This document shows positions 1 to 15,527 of a stretch of DNA of 64,000 nt, one piece after another; position 1 is the first letter of the stretch; each line of letters opens with the position of its first letter. The notes under the pieces are model-generated. The model was not told the DNA's origin. It ran no database searches and worked only from the letters and a program-made list of their open reading frames with translations. The translations under genes and the position numbers were made by a program. The stretch comes from Octopus vulgaris (Eukaryota), in NCBI GenBank assembly GCA_951406725.2, contig OX597815.1, positions 78,430,001 through 78,494,000 of the forward strand, written 5' to 3'.

Positions 1-1030
1 GCTCTAATTACAGCTGGTATTGTTTTCACCCTCATGCCCCATATCTTGAATGTTTCAATTTCAAGCTCCTTGTATTTTGATAGCTTTTTCTCACTTCTTT
101 GGGGGAAATATTTTCATCAGAAGGGATTGTGGTATCTACCAGGGTGCTTATATTTGTTTTCCAGCCTTTTACTATAATGTCAGGACGGTCTGTCGAGGCT
201 GACTTAGCCTGTCATCATTTCGGAGTTGATGAAATAAGTATCAGTTGAGTACTGGGGTCGATGTAATTAACTAAATCCATCTCCCAAAATGTCAGCCCTT
301 GCGCCTACAGTAGAAAGAATTATTATGTCAGGACGGTTCACCTTGGGCTCTTTGTCATTTTGGACGGGCATATCTCAGATTATTGTAGCCTGGTCGTTGT
401 CACGTACTGTGTTCTGTACATGCTTGTACCTCTTCTTATTTGCTTTCACATTGAAGTGTTGGCATGGCATATTGCCTACTGAATGTTGCTACCAACATGA
501 GTTGACCTATGTATGTACTCAGATTTGGCAAAGACTGGGCAATCAGAGATGATGTGAACCGTTTCGTTGTACGGGTTGCTTATTCTGCATTTGATGTTGG
601 GAACGTTTTCATTATTTTACTTTTATAAGTATTTCTGGCCAGACATTGGTCTTGTGCAAGAAGGATCAATCCCTCCGTTTCAACTTTTAAGTTAAACCGG
701 AGCTTTTGAGCCATTGCTGATTGCACCGCTTCTTATTTCTTCCCTTGCAGGGCATTGGTCGTGGAGTGGTTTTGCTCCCCATTTCTTCTTGAGTATGCTT
801 TGTAATTTCGTTTTCATCATGTTTTTTTTTTATCTCTTTAACCATTTCTGTTATGTTGTTACCTGAATTTATTGTTTCAGTACAATTTGTTCCTGCTTTG
901 TATTTTATCGTCTTCTTGTGTATAGATAAAAGCTATGGGTTATTTTCCCCCATGTTTTTATATTATGAGTTACATTCTTGGTCTCTTAAGAATTTGTCCA
1001 GTTCAACTGCTGTTATTTTGTACAGATTTT
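1..1030 (-). mobile_element. Decayed non-LTR retrotransposon, R4/Dong-like (RLE endonuclease) 3' fragment, interrupted by a SINE
   Basis: Minus strand 189-1 translates NRPDIIVKGWK..TLVDTTIPSD..KKLSKYKELEIETFKIWGMRVKTIPAVI, homologous to the RLE end of ORF 32334-33692. Its apparent 5' side abuts the (TAA)n run at 1052-1105. The right boundary is approximate. Confidence 0.75.
190..324 (+). mobile_element. 5'-truncated SINE (family B) with 13-bp TSD
   Basis: ATGTCAGGACGGT is duplicated at 177-189 and 325-337. The body (gtcgaggctgactt..agtactggggtcgatgtaat..tagaaagaattatt) matches family B copies elsewhere in the window. Confidence 0.8.
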
Positions 1031-1051
1031 TTAGTTGTGTCAGGGATAGGT

Positions 1052-1057
1052 ATATTA

Positions 1058-1105
<48 letters not shown>
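1052..1105. repeat. (TTA)n microsatellite
   Basis: Directly visible; source of the poly-I/poly-L ORFs. Confidence 0.95.
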
Positions 1106-1106
<1 letters not shown>

Positions 1107-1703
1107 TGAGGCTTTGTAATTGTTGTTGCTGTTATATACTTTCGTTTATTATCACTAATTATTTTTATGCGTGTACAGGCCTACGTATGCACAATCCAGC
1201 ATACGCATTAAAAAAGCCCAATTAATTGCACCAGTCCGGAAACAAATAACGTAGTCTGATCCTACATTTGAGATTGGACTTTCATGCGATATTCATGTTT
1301 CATCAAGGGCGAAAGAGAGCCAATTAACGATACTGTCCGTGATTGTTCTGTCGTCGAGAAATCAGCAGCTAAGCTTTCTCAAATCACACCCAACCGCATT
1401 AAAAAAAAGAAGGATGTTTGAATAATAGTCATCTTTAAACTTTTACCTGTTTTCAGTCAAAATCGACTATAGTACTTATCTTTTCAGTCTAGTACTTGTT
1501 TAATAGGTCTCTTTCGCTAAACCACCACGTTATAAGGATGCAAACAAGCCGACACCAATTGTCAAGTGGTGAAGATGACAAACCAGAAACACAAAGGCAC
1601 ACAAACACAAGTACACACACAAACATATATACACACATATACACACTCATATGTGTGTGGGAGGTATGTATATGTATGAATTTATGTGTGTGTATATATA
1701 TGC

Positions 1704-1924
1704 TCTTTTACTCTTTTACTTGTTTCAGTCATTTGACTGCGGCCATGCTTGAGCATCGCCTTTTAGTCGAGCAAATTGACCCCAGGACTTATTCTTTGTA
1801 AGCCTAGTACTTATTCTATCGGTCTCTTTAGCCGAACCGCTAGGTTACGGGGACGTAAGCACACCAGCACCGGTTGTCAAGCGATGTTGGGGGGACAAAC
1901 ACAGACACACAAACGTATACACAC

Positions 1925-1993
<69 letters not shown>

Positions 1994-2155
1994 TACTACG
2001 GGCTTCTTTCAGTTTCCCTCTACCAAATCCACTCATAAGACTTTAGTCGGCCCGAAGCCATAGTAGAAAACACTTGCCCCAGGTGACACGCAGTGGGACT
2101 GAAGCCAGAACCATGTGGTTCGTAAGCAAGCTACTTACTACACAGCCACTCCTAC
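1704..2155 (-). mobile_element. tRNA-derived SINE family A, near full length, with internal (TA)n
   Basis: Reverse complement of the 38476-38853 copy: head gagtggctgtgtagtaag..ggcttcagtccc, tail gactgaaacaagtaaaagag. A partial copy lies at ~1440-1610. Confidence 0.85.
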
Positions 2156-2329
2156 TATGTATATATGTATTGAATTCAAAGAAGGTATGCTCTTAATTTT
2201 TTGTGGGGAAGGAGTTATTCTCCTTTGTCATATTCTGGCTGTCTGTGATAAATATGCCTACATACATACACCACATGCAAACCAATTATGTGGTGGGAGG
2301 TGAGGTAGTGAGAACGAGGGGATACAATA

Positions 2330-2690
2330 AAGAAGGAGCGTGAAGAGAGAAGGAATAAATTTGGGGAAAAAACCCGAAATTCTGGAAAGCTCTGGGGTAA
2401 CGTTTGGGCGAAAATAGAACGAGTAATAAGGTAAAATACTTAAAATTATATAGAACTAAGTTGGGCAGAAAGTTTACTAGGGCAAGATTTAATCTTATTT
2501 TTGATGAAAGAGACCTATTGTTGGAGTCTAATTATGAATTTTCTCTCGTGTATGCAGGGACTGAAGATCTCCGTCTGATTTTTTAGTTCCTTTTCTGATA
2601 CGTAGGGTTTGCCTCTCTAGGTAGATTTTGTATATGGTTTTGATCTTGCGGCTGATGCTAAACATTGTGTCATTGTGTTACATACTTAGA
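2330..2690 (-). mobile_element. Penelope-like element 3' relic (GIY-YIG C-terminus plus 3' UTR)
   Basis: Minus strand ~2600-2530 reads ..KNQTEIFSPCIHERKF, resembling the LNKRSE..SKCRH..KF tail of Penelope-like ORFs (recalled motif). Bounded by (TA)n. Confidence 0.5.
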
Positions 2691-2705
2691 TACTTACATA
2701 TGTGC

Positions 2706-2751
<46 letters not shown>

Positions 2752-3393
2752 TGCGTATATATATATATATATATATATATGCAGGGAGATGTACAAGAAG
2801 GCAAAAAAATAATCAGGCTATTGGGAGCTTAATAGAAGGTTGGATAACGGAACGATTCTGTGTTAGGAGAGTAGAAGTGATAATGACGACGATGACGACT
2901 ACGACGTCGATGATGATGATAGTAAAGATAGAGAAGACGGTGGCGGTGGCGGTGGCGGTGGAGTGATACGTCTTTGTTTTGTTTTTTTCTTTTCACTGTT
3001 TCCTTGCTACTAAATTGATGATATTTGATGGAAGTTTAAAAGGGCAGTTGTCTCTTACTACTGCACAGGGCACGCATACACACAACATACAAAGATATGT
3101 ATACATATGTGTGTGCATGCAAACAAACATACATGCACACATACATGCAAACCTTCATACAAGCAAATATGAATATATGTACAAGCATACAAAGATACAT
3201 ATAGACACGCATACAAAAACACGTGTATATGCAAGCATGCGTACATACGGACAGTTATTTATAAAGATGCTAAATTAATGTAAGAAATTCTATGTAAAAT
3301 TCAATAAAAGGCTAATATTATGATGTTAGACATAATTTTCAGTGTCCTGTCAACCTCATATATATATTTATTTATATCGAAAAAGAGATTTAG

Positions 3394-3533
<140 letters not shown>

Positions 3534-3679
3534 ATGTGAAATAACGGGTGATGCTTTTAGCTCCAAAATACATTAAATATAGTAACAGAAAGGCAAAATA
3601 ATTTCTGCCTTTTGCTTTAGAGAAAGGAGTGTATGTTTGTATTGGGAGATGTAAATATTCCCCCTAAACTCTTTTACTC

Positions 3680-3840
3680 TCTGGACAAAACAATTTGCGG
3701 CATTTCGTCCGACATTACGTTCTGAGTTCAAATTTCGCCGAGATCGACTTTACCTTTAATCCTTTCGAATTCGATGAAAACAGTACCAGTCAAACACTAG
3801 GGTCGAGGTAATCGATCTCCACCCACTCCAGAAAACCGGT
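3680..3840 (+). mobile_element. SINE family B copy
   Basis: ttacgttctgagttcaaatttcgccgagatcgactttaccttt..agtaccagt..gggtcgaggtaatcga, shared with other family B copies. Confidence 0.75.
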
Positions 3841-3850
3841 CTTATCTAAC

Positions 3851-3914
<64 letters not shown>

Positions 3915-4008
3915 TACGTATGTATATATAATATAGCTATTCCGTAAGAACCGACGACATTACTACCATTTTAACCACAGGAGGACGTTTCCTCCAGCTG
4001 GTTAATAC

Positions 4009-5035
4009 AGGGTTTATCATAGCAGCCCAAGGTCAATGCCTACCTACAAGGAACTACCAGGCCAACATATTAAAGAACTGCAGCTCCCCAATATGTCGTG
4101 TAAATCAACAACAAAATGCGACCATTAATCATGTTGTCTCTATGTGCAGTTTTCTTGCACCTACAGAGTATCTCAACAGGCATGTTAGAGCTGCACTATA
4201 TAATTACTGGGTAATTTGCAAAAACCTGGACTTGCCCCATGATAAAAACTGGTGGGAACACAAACCACCCCCTGTGCTTGAATATGCATGTTATTCCGTT
4301 TGCTACGCTGGCAGTTCACCGCCTTAAGTAATTGAATGATGATGATGTTGATGATGATGAGGATGATGGTAACGGTTAGTGTCTTCTGGCTCAATGTGCA
4401 GTCTTCTTGCGCCTTCAGAATATCTCAACAGGTGTGATAGAGCAGCACAATATATTCACTGGGTAATTCGCAAAAACCTGGACCTGCTCAATGATAAAAA
4501 CTAATGGGAACACAAACCACCTCCAGTGCTTGAAAATGATCACATCTCACACCTCTGGAGCTTCATCATTCAAACTGACAGAAAGACAGATGGGAATAGG
4601 CTAGACATTATATTGAAAGACTTCAGACAAAAATCATGCCTCCTTATTGAGATGACTGTCCCAATAGACATAAATGTATCTTTCAAGACCTACCAAAAAC
4701 TAAGCAAGTATAAAGATCTTGGCAAAATGTGGACCCTGAAGACTAAAACAATACCTGTTGTCATAGGTTCCCTAGGAATGATAGCAAAAGTGGCTGATTG
4801 CTACCTATCTCAGATATCAGAAAACCCCAAAATGGCAGAAATTCAAAAGATTGTGCTCACGGGAACTGCCCATATCCTGCGTAAAATACTGTCTATGCAA
4901 TCTCAAATTTTAAAACAAACACATAATTTTCTTACGTTTTCGTAAACATTCTCTAGAACAATACTATGTGCAAAACCAAATATATGACACCCTAGGCATA
5001 ACACTAACATGAACTTCTAATTTCTTGTCTCTTGT
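4009..5035 (+). mobile_element. R4/Dong-like LINE 3' fragments (two overlapping duplicated pieces, 4009-4281 and 4390-5035)
   Basis: ORFs 4142-4327 and 4526-4945 (EYLNRH..WVICKNLD..WWEHKPPPVLE; NRLDIILKD..LLIEMTVPID..KLSKYKDL) are close paralogs of ORF 32334-33692; the 3' UTR also matches 33693-33845. Confidence 0.9.
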
Positions 5036-5426
5036 GTGACGTTGATATTGCAATATAACAACATAATCTTCCCCGAGGTTTTAATTATCTTTCACTCACT
5101 GGGTACAGATAGGATCGGTCGCATAGTTATGTAAGTCATACTATGTTCAGGAATATTTTGGGTTTTTGTATTTTGGTATTAAAAGCTCTTTCAGAAAAAA
5201 TGATGTGTATTGTTCATATGGTACAAAAATTATACTGTTCTTTTTTACCTTGCCATGGACACACATATAAGATGTAACCTCGACTGGGATTTTCCACTAA
5301 AGACTTTATTTTATATAAGTTTTCTTCGAGTGCCAGAGATAGTTTGATAGTGGTACTGTATTCTTCAAATTGCATACACACACACATACACACACACATG
5401 CACACACACACGCACATACATATATA

Positions 5427-5457
<31 letters not shown>

Positions 5458-5643
5458 GTGTAAACAAACTTGGCAGTTATAATAACCAACTAAGGGATAA
5501 AATATCCGTATGTACTATCGGTATCCGTAACCCGTGCTATCAATAGGCATTGGTGCGTAGGCACACTATGCACGTAGAGTGCAGGCAACAACAGGATAAA
5601 CAAGAGTTTATCAGGAAACAAATACAAATAGTCAGAAAATCAA

Positions 5644-6003
5644 GAAAATCTCAGATTAACAAACACATCGATTAGGCCACGTTTATAGCTTATTTTTTAA
5701 TACAAAGCATGACATAACAAATAGGTGACGTAACAAATCTTACATCCGCATCCATTGCCAAACACTGTCAATAAATAATTGCGAAAATAAAATTTTGCAT
5801 CTTCATAGGACATTCACATTAATTCGAATGTCCTATGAAGATGAGGAAATGTATTTTCGCAATTATTTATAGACAGCGTTTGGCAACGGATGCCGAAACG
5901 GCCGTAAGATTTGTTGCGTCACCTATTTGTTATGTCATGCTTTGTATTAAAAATAAGCTACAAATGTGGTCCAATCTATGTGTTTGTTAACCTGAGGTTT
6001 TTC
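5644..6003. repeat. Long imperfect inverted repeat (arms ~5644-5815 and 5826-6003), Penelope-like terminal sequence
   Basis: Arms are reverse complements (catcttcataggacattc / gaatgtcctatgaagatg; tacaaagcatgacataacaaataggtgacg / cgtcacctatttgttatgtcatgctttgta). Confidence 0.9.
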
Positions 6004-6280
6004 TATTTGCTGATTATACATATGTATATAATTTTTTGTAGAAGATAAAAATTTCGGTTGTCAGTAATTTACATCCAAAGAAACGAAACCATGCTTCCAG
6101 TGATTTATAAGACGTGATTGGACGGGATACGTTGTTCCATTCACGTTCTTTTAGTATCAATAAACACATGTATATATCATAATAATTCAAATAATAAAAT
6201 TTAAATGAAGATATTACACACACACATATATATATGTATATATACATACATACATACATACATACATACATTCAAACATG

Positions 6281-6349
<69 letters not shown>

Positions 6350-6355
<6 letters not shown>

Positions 6356-6865
6356 GACTTCCTTGAAGTGTTGACGGCATTTTCTGTTGCTCCTTCGCCG
6401 TTCTCAAAAATAGCGTTTGTAATACTTTATCTCGTTCGGCTTGTTATTCTCCTTGTCCTGTCTTTTACTGTTTATATTTTGTACTGTCGTTACTGTCCTG
6501 TTTTTGTTACCATTTTTATCCCTCCGCAAAAAGATCTCAAATTTTATTTAATTTGCTTTTCGCGGGAAGGAAAGTTTCTACGGAAGATGCGTATCGCCTT
6601 CACCTTCGAAACGCAGAGTATATGAAACCATGGCGACTGAAGAAGGGGAATTTGCCTTGTGTTATTTGTCCTGTATTCTATTTTTTCGTTGCTTAAGAAA
6701 AATGTCCAGTTCCTTGGTTTTGTGTTTATGTTTTCGTTTCTCATTGTGTTCGATGTTTTTTTGGTGTCCTGTACCCATATATGCATGTATATATACATAT
6801 AGAGGTAGGTACATACATATATGTATGTATATATGCATATGTTTTATTTATTAATTTATTATATG
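6350..6865 (+). mobile_element. Short (TA)n-bounded non-autonomous element, probably Penelope-derived
   Basis: Contains cGAAA..CTGAAGAagggg. Its 3' part (gtcctgtacccatatatgc..gtaggtacatac..ttatttattaatttattat) parallels 8930-9045. Confidence 0.5.
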
Positions 6866-8034
6866 ACGGAACGCACGCATCCATTTCTAAGTAAGATTGT
6901 TCTATATATATATATATATGGGTATTACTTCAACGAATATTATTACTAGCAGTTTCACCCCTCGACCGTCCTATGTTGCTTCAAATAACCAGTTTTTATT
7001 TGTAGATTGTTAATGTGAGAAGAGTGTTGATTCTTTTTCGTATCCTGTTCAATCCAACTGTATGGGCTGCACCTTTCTATATAGCCTCAGATTGAATGAA
7101 ATTAAGTAAACGGATACCGCGGAAGCGCACTATATGCTCAAGTATTTGCACACATGCTAGTGTATGCGTGTTTGTGATCTCGAGGAAATGTGACAAAGAA
7201 AAAGAAACATAGTTTGATTCTGCTTCAATTGAAATTCAAGTATGGAAACATGCACATGACCTAAATATATAGTGCTATTGCCATCTTCAATAAGTCATCT
7301 TTATTTTCTTTATGTTTCTCTAAATTAGAAAGAAGGAAGTCTTCAGGTGGACATAGTAGCTGATGTGGTTGGCTAATGAACAATTAGACGAGAGGGTGTG
7401 ACTTTGTTTCGTGTCCTGTTTTACTGGCTCCAACACTTAACATTAACATGACTCAGTGCACCTATCTGCAACTAAGTATCATAAGATACGAAGAAAAGTG
7501 GTTAACATTTTTTCTGTAGTGCAGCCATCACTCAATGGTCAATATTCTCGAAAAAAAACTAAGTGGTGGATGCATGCGTCTTTCATTCCAACAGATCGCT
7601 ATCAGAATTCTTTCCATTCTGTTCGCAGACCTAAGCAGTTTTCTGTCTTAGCTACAAATTAAACAAAACGCATGCGATGTTTTCAGATGTAATTCATATG
7701 TAATCTATTTGTAACTAGATGTAAACTTCATATACTCATATGTGATTTCGTTGTAATCTAGATATATCTAGACACAATCTAGATATAATCCATATTTTAT
7801 CCTGATGGAAGCTTGATGTAATCTAGATGTACTAAAGATATATCCAAATATCTACAAAATAAAACCCCAGCAATGAAACAGATAAACTAAACCAATAATG
7901 TGTGACAGAATCAGAACGGGAAAATAATTAGAATGATGAAACTTTGAGCTTCGTTTTGATTTATTATGCCTTTATCTTCAGAAAGTCATCAGCATCAAAC
8001 TTATAAATATTTGTGAAAGCACATTTATATGTAT

Positions 8035-8070
<36 letters not shown>

Positions 8071-8177
8071 CTAAAACTTACTTGGAAATGGATGCGTGGC
8101 ATTCATGCATACATACAGACATGTGTATGTGTATCTATGTGTGTGAACGTGTATGTATGTATGTGTATGTGTGCGTC

Positions 8178-8525
8178 TTTTACTTGTTTCAATCATTAGA
8201 CTGTGGCCATGCTGGGGCACCACCTTGAAGATTGTTTAGTCGAACGTATCGAACCAAGTGCTTATTTTTTGAAGCCTGGTGCTTATTCTGTCGATTTTTT
8301 TTTTTGTCGAACAGCTAAGTTACGAGGGCGTAACTACACCAGCACCAGTTGTCAAATGGTGGGGCTGAGGTACAAACACAGATACAAAGACAAATACACA
8401 TAGATATATACGACAGGATTCTCGCTGTTTCCATCTACCAAATCCACTCGCGAGGCTTTGGTCAGCCCGAAGTTATAGTAGAAAACACCTGCCCAAGGTG
8501 CCACGCAGGGCGACTGAGCCCTGAA
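8178..8525 (-). mobile_element. SINE family A copy (diverged, 5' part truncated)
   Basis: ttacttgtttcaatcattagactgtggccatgctggggcac..tgcccaaggtgccacgcag matches family A. Confidence 0.8.
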
Positions 8526-8589
8526 ACATGTCTATGTATATATGTTTGTGTTTATATATGAATGTATTTATGTGTGTGTGTATAGTATA

Positions 8590-9045
8590 GGTTAGTCAAA
8601 ACATGTTTGCAATAGTAAGAGTCACGTGGTGGAAATAAACGCAATTACCAAACTTCCATTCATTAATCCATTTATTATTTCGTAATTTTGCATTTCAAGT
8701 TGCACATTTGTACCCAGAAATTTTCAACAATTGCACGCCAGAAGAAATAGAAAAATGAGTATTTAACCACAATGCTCGAAATACGAGACTAGAAAAGCAG
8801 CCAACAACTGATGAAGGGTCGCTTTTTATGATGTTTGTTTTGTTTTCCACTTGTGTCTTTCGTTGTTCGAAAGAATAGTTCATGCTCCATGTACTCGTGC
8901 TTCGTATTTTTTTGTTGTACACGTTTCGTGACGTCCTGTGCCCACATATGCTTATATGTATACGTATTGATGTAGGTATGTACATATACGTATGTATAAA
9001 TGTATATATATATATATATATATATATATCATTTATATTATTATA
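8590..9045 (+). mobile_element. Short (TA)n-ending non-autonomous element related to 6350-6865
   Basis: gagtatt-N7-aatgctc hairpin followed by GAAA, then CTGATGAaggg; 3' end similar to the 6350-6865 element. Confidence 0.5.
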
Positions 9046-9057
9046 AATACTTTTATT

Positions 9058-9442
9058 ATTCTATTTGTTTCAGTCATTTGACTGCGGCCATACTGGAGCA
9101 ACGCCTTTAGTCGGACAAATCGACCCCATGACTTATTCTTTGTAAGCCTAGTACTTATTGTATCGGTTCCTTTTGCCAAACCACTAAGTTACGGGGACGT
9201 AAACATGTCGGCATCGGTTGTCAAGCGATGGTGGTAGGGGACAAACACAGACACAGAAATACACATGCATACACACATATACGACAAGCTTCTTTCAGTA
9301 TCCGTCTACCAGATACACTCACAAGGCTTTAGTCGGCCCGAGGCTATAGTAGAAGACACTTGTCCAAGGTGCCACACAGTGGAACCGAAGCCGGAAGGAT
9401 GTGGTTGATAAGCAAGCTACTTACCACACAGCCACTCCTGCG

Positions 9443-9446
<4 letters not shown>
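9058..9446 (-). mobile_element. SINE family A, full length
   Basis: Reverse complement match to 38476-38853, from the head (aggcgcaggagtggctgtgtggtaag) to the tail (atgactgaaacaaatag). Confidence 0.88.
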
Positions 9447-9484
<38 letters not shown>

Positions 9485-9485
<1 letters not shown>

Positions 9486-11102
9486 TAGCAGAGATACCCG
9501 GCGTTGCCCGTGTTATATGCAATTGAAGAATTAGACTTTTCTGTTATATTTTCTGTAATGAACTGGAATACCTATATTTCGAATTTCATCAAAATTGCAG
9601 ATGAGGGTTCTTTCTCTCTGTACACACCCTAAAAAAATTGTAATCATGCCACGTGTATCCCCTACTACTGATTTTTATGCGCATATTCCAAAATTCCAGT
9701 CTTATTGAACCCGTTAAAAGGATTTTGCTCCTGAAAAATGGAGATCATGGAGCTCTAAAATGTGAGAGTTAAAGCCCCTTTGAAGGTGGGTGTCTTAATG
9801 TCAACCAGAGAAGTTGAATTGTTGAGAAGCTTTTTAACTTGGGTCTTATATCTATTGTTTGAATTTCTTTGAAATAGGAAATATATGTATGTTCACTTGG
9901 TTTGTGAAAGAGAGCAAAGCTACAGGAAAAAGACGAATGATCACAATAAGCAGTCAGCTACGTACCCTAGTCGTTACCACTCCCAGGTGACAGGCACGGC
10001 CGTAAGATGCATTATGAATCTATAGCAATTGGAAGGGCGTGACCCAAATGAAATAAACATTAACAACTGTGTGACGTGAGGGCTAAGGAGAAATGAAAGT
10101 GTCACCTCTGGTGTTTGCAAATGACCACTATACTGATACGTAACTGGACAGAATAAATTTACAATCTATAAATTTCTTTGGGAAGGCCTTGAAATCAATG
10201 TTACCATCTGGTGACTATGTGTGACCCAGTGATAATAAAAAGACTGAAAGGAGGTCTGCAACCAAATAACTTTACTCAACACTTTGCAACTGAATCAGTG
10301 GAAGCAAAGATGCCTCTCATTTACTTGACAATTTATGCGCCACATTGCAGAAATCACAATCTAAGTATATGTCAAAGCAAACTCTTACACTATTGTACCA
10401 TTGAATTACACATAATGCTCATCTTTTATGCTTGGGTGACCCAACAGCTTCCAAGAGTACAACTGTATTCGTCTTTGCTTAGATTAAATTACAAAATTAT
10501 GGGTGTTACGTGCCCACGAAGGGATCTTTCTAACTTGTAAGAAGATGAAATTTTATAAATATTACTTCATTTGTGTCTAATATCTATGGTAAAAATTTCA
10601 TCAACAGCAAAAATATATGAATTGTCATGGGGGTTATGGCCCTTATGCATAGAATATAATTTCCAAATTTTGTGAAGATCTATTCAGTACTTTTGACGTA
10701 GTTTTGGATCATAAAAGAAATTTAGGAGTTAAGGGTGTCTTAGAATCCTCATGTGATGTTGAAACTTTGAGAATACTTCTTGATGTGTGTCAATTACCCA
10801 TGGTTGAAATTTCATCAACATCGAAAATTTATGAAATTTCATGGGGGTTCTGCCCCCTTTAAGCCATCTGAAATTCAAACCAAACGTATTGCATTATACC
10901 CACTCTTATGCATTGAATCTATGTTTCAAATATCATAAGGATCCATTCAGTAATTTTGGTTCATGAAATTGTATGAAACACACAGCATTACCCTTCTCCC
11001 TAGGCTTGGATTTTGTGTTCCAAATTTCATTAAGATCAGTGCAGCAGTTTTCGAATGTATAAGTAACACACGAACACACATAAAAACATTGACTATAATA
11101 GA
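9485..11102 (-). mobile_element. Non-autonomous Helitron-like element
   Basis: On the minus strand it starts A|TCTATTATA (11102) and ends with a GC-rich hairpin (acgggcaacgccgggt) then CTAG|T (9485). This fits the Helitron TC...CTAG ends in an AT target. Internal subrepeats such as aaatttcatcaac. Confidence 0.75.
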
Positions 11103-11128
11103 TATGAATATGCACATATACATACATG

Positions 11129-11185
<57 letters not shown>

Positions 11186-11196
11186 ACGTGTGTGTG

Positions 11197-11241
<45 letters not shown>

Positions 11242-11319
11242 CACATGCACGCACACACACGCACGCACACACAAAGATAAATTGATAGATACAACTGAGT
11301 GGGCAAACAAAAATATGAG

Positions 11320-11657
11320 ACACTGCCTAGTGCTTTTTTTATTTTGATAAGCCTGGTACTAATTCTATCTGTTTCTTTCTGTGAAAGCAGTAAGTTATGG
11401 GGATGTAAATAAACGAACAGCAGTTGTGAAGCAGTGATGAGGGAGAAACACAAAGACACACACATAGACTTACATATATACATACATATATATACGATTG
11501 ATTTCTTTCAGTTTCTGTCTACAAAATCCTCTAACAGAGCTTTGGTTGGTCTGAGGCTATAGCAGAAGAAACATACCAAGTCACCACACAGTGGGACTAA
11601 ACCCAGGACCGTGTGTTTTGGAACCAAGTTTGTTACCACACAGCTACACCTGCACCT
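11320..11657 (-). mobile_element. SINE family A copy (CpG-decayed)
   Basis: aagcctggtactaattctat..tttctttcagtttctgtctacaaaatcc..gttaccacacagctacacctgcacct. Confidence 0.75.
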
Positions 11658-11836
11658 ATGTAGGTGTGTGTGTGAGTGTGTGTGTGTGTGTGTATGGGTG
11701 TATATATGTATGCATGTATATATGTGTATATATATATGTACATATTACATGTACATCTATATATATATACATCTACACATATACATGTGTACATATACAT
11801 GTATATGTATACATGTATATATTTACATCCATATAT

Positions 11837-11882
<46 letters not shown>

Positions 11883-12033
11883 CTATATAGATATATATAT
11901 ATACATGTAAATTTAAATTTAAAATAATAGGGGTGAAAAATTGAATATTAATTTGATTAATATCAATTTAAAACCAGTGGTGTAGCATATTGAAAAATCT
12001 GAAGTTTCAGAAAAAATTATGTTACATATATAT

Positions 12034-12167
12034 GAGGGATGACCTGTAAATGGACATCTATTATGCTAGAAGAAGATCCGCTATGGTCTTGCTATTCCTT
12101 TGTTATTGGTAAGATCATAGCGGATCTTCTTCTAGCATAATGGAAGTCCACTCACAGGTCATCCCTC
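12034..12167. repeat. Hairpin, ~57-bp arms with ~20-nt loop
   Basis: gagggatgacctgt..attatgctagaagaagatccgctatg pairs with catagcggatcttcttctagcataat..acaggtcatccctc. Confidence 0.9.
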
Positions 12168-12299
12168 TTATATGTATATATACATGTATATATATATATA
12201 TACATTTGTGCAGATGTATACATATACACATACATAATAGATATATTATATGTATGTATGTATGTATATATGTATGTATGCCTGTATATATGTGAGATA

Positions 12300-12535
12300 A
12301 TAATTTCACTTTAATAGAGAGATGTTATTGTTTCACTTTTGAAACGTAATACTGAAATAGTGGAGAAGATATGATATTGCTGTGGGCTCACACTAGGCAA
12401 GAGGTTTTTTTGACCTAGGTCACTATATGGACCTTAAGTAAGTGATGTGTAAAGTTTGAATGAAATTGGTTGTGTAGTTCTCAGGTTTTAGGGGTTCAAA
12501 CAGACAGACAGACAGACACACATTCTCATCTTTAT
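12300..12535 (-). mobile_element. Helitron-like 5' fragment
   Basis: Minus strand tataaagatgagaatgtgtgtctgtctgtc..gaaaactacacaaccaatttcattcaaacttt resembles the 5' end of the 9485-11102 and 24473-24820 elements. Confidence 0.5.
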
Positions 12536-12550
12536 ATATATATATATAAT

Positions 12551-12594
<44 letters not shown>

Positions 12595-12842
12595 TATATA
12601 CATACGTATACATACATACTTACATATACGTATACACATATGCATATGTGGGCACACATTCTGATCGATTCTTCCATGTGTTAACAAGTACCTCCTTGCA
12701 ACAATGTATAATTTCATTTAATCAAGATACCCTTGGCCTCTCAAGTAGCCTGCAGTATACATCTTGCTTGGATATTTACCACTTCCAAGGTGCCACTTGT
12801 TATGAATCATATGTAGCCCGGATCTTACCTTCTCCATTCCTT

Positions 12843-15062
<2,220 letters not shown>

Positions 15063-15446
15063 GTGTGTGTGTGTGTGTCTACATGTGTTCATGCACTTGT
15101 GTATGTGTATGTGTGAGTGTGTGAGTGTGTGTATGTGTGTCTATGTGTATGTGTATGTGTAGACCATGGCTTTTAATACCACAAAGTATTACCTTAAATG
15201 GAGATAGACAAGCTATATGGAAACTATGGAACAAGCATTGGTGGTTTATTAGTTGTATCAGCATAACTTCCTATTGAAGAACACTTGTCCACTATGAAAC
15301 TCTTAAAATCCGTTGGCCAGTGTTTATATCCGGCCACATACACACACATTGTATATTGATTGTTATTTAAGACACTTAACACCACTTACTCCCTCTCCCT
15401 GGAGAATAACAACAAAATGCCATATGTACAATACAAGATAGCTATA

Positions 15447-15527
<81 letters not shown>

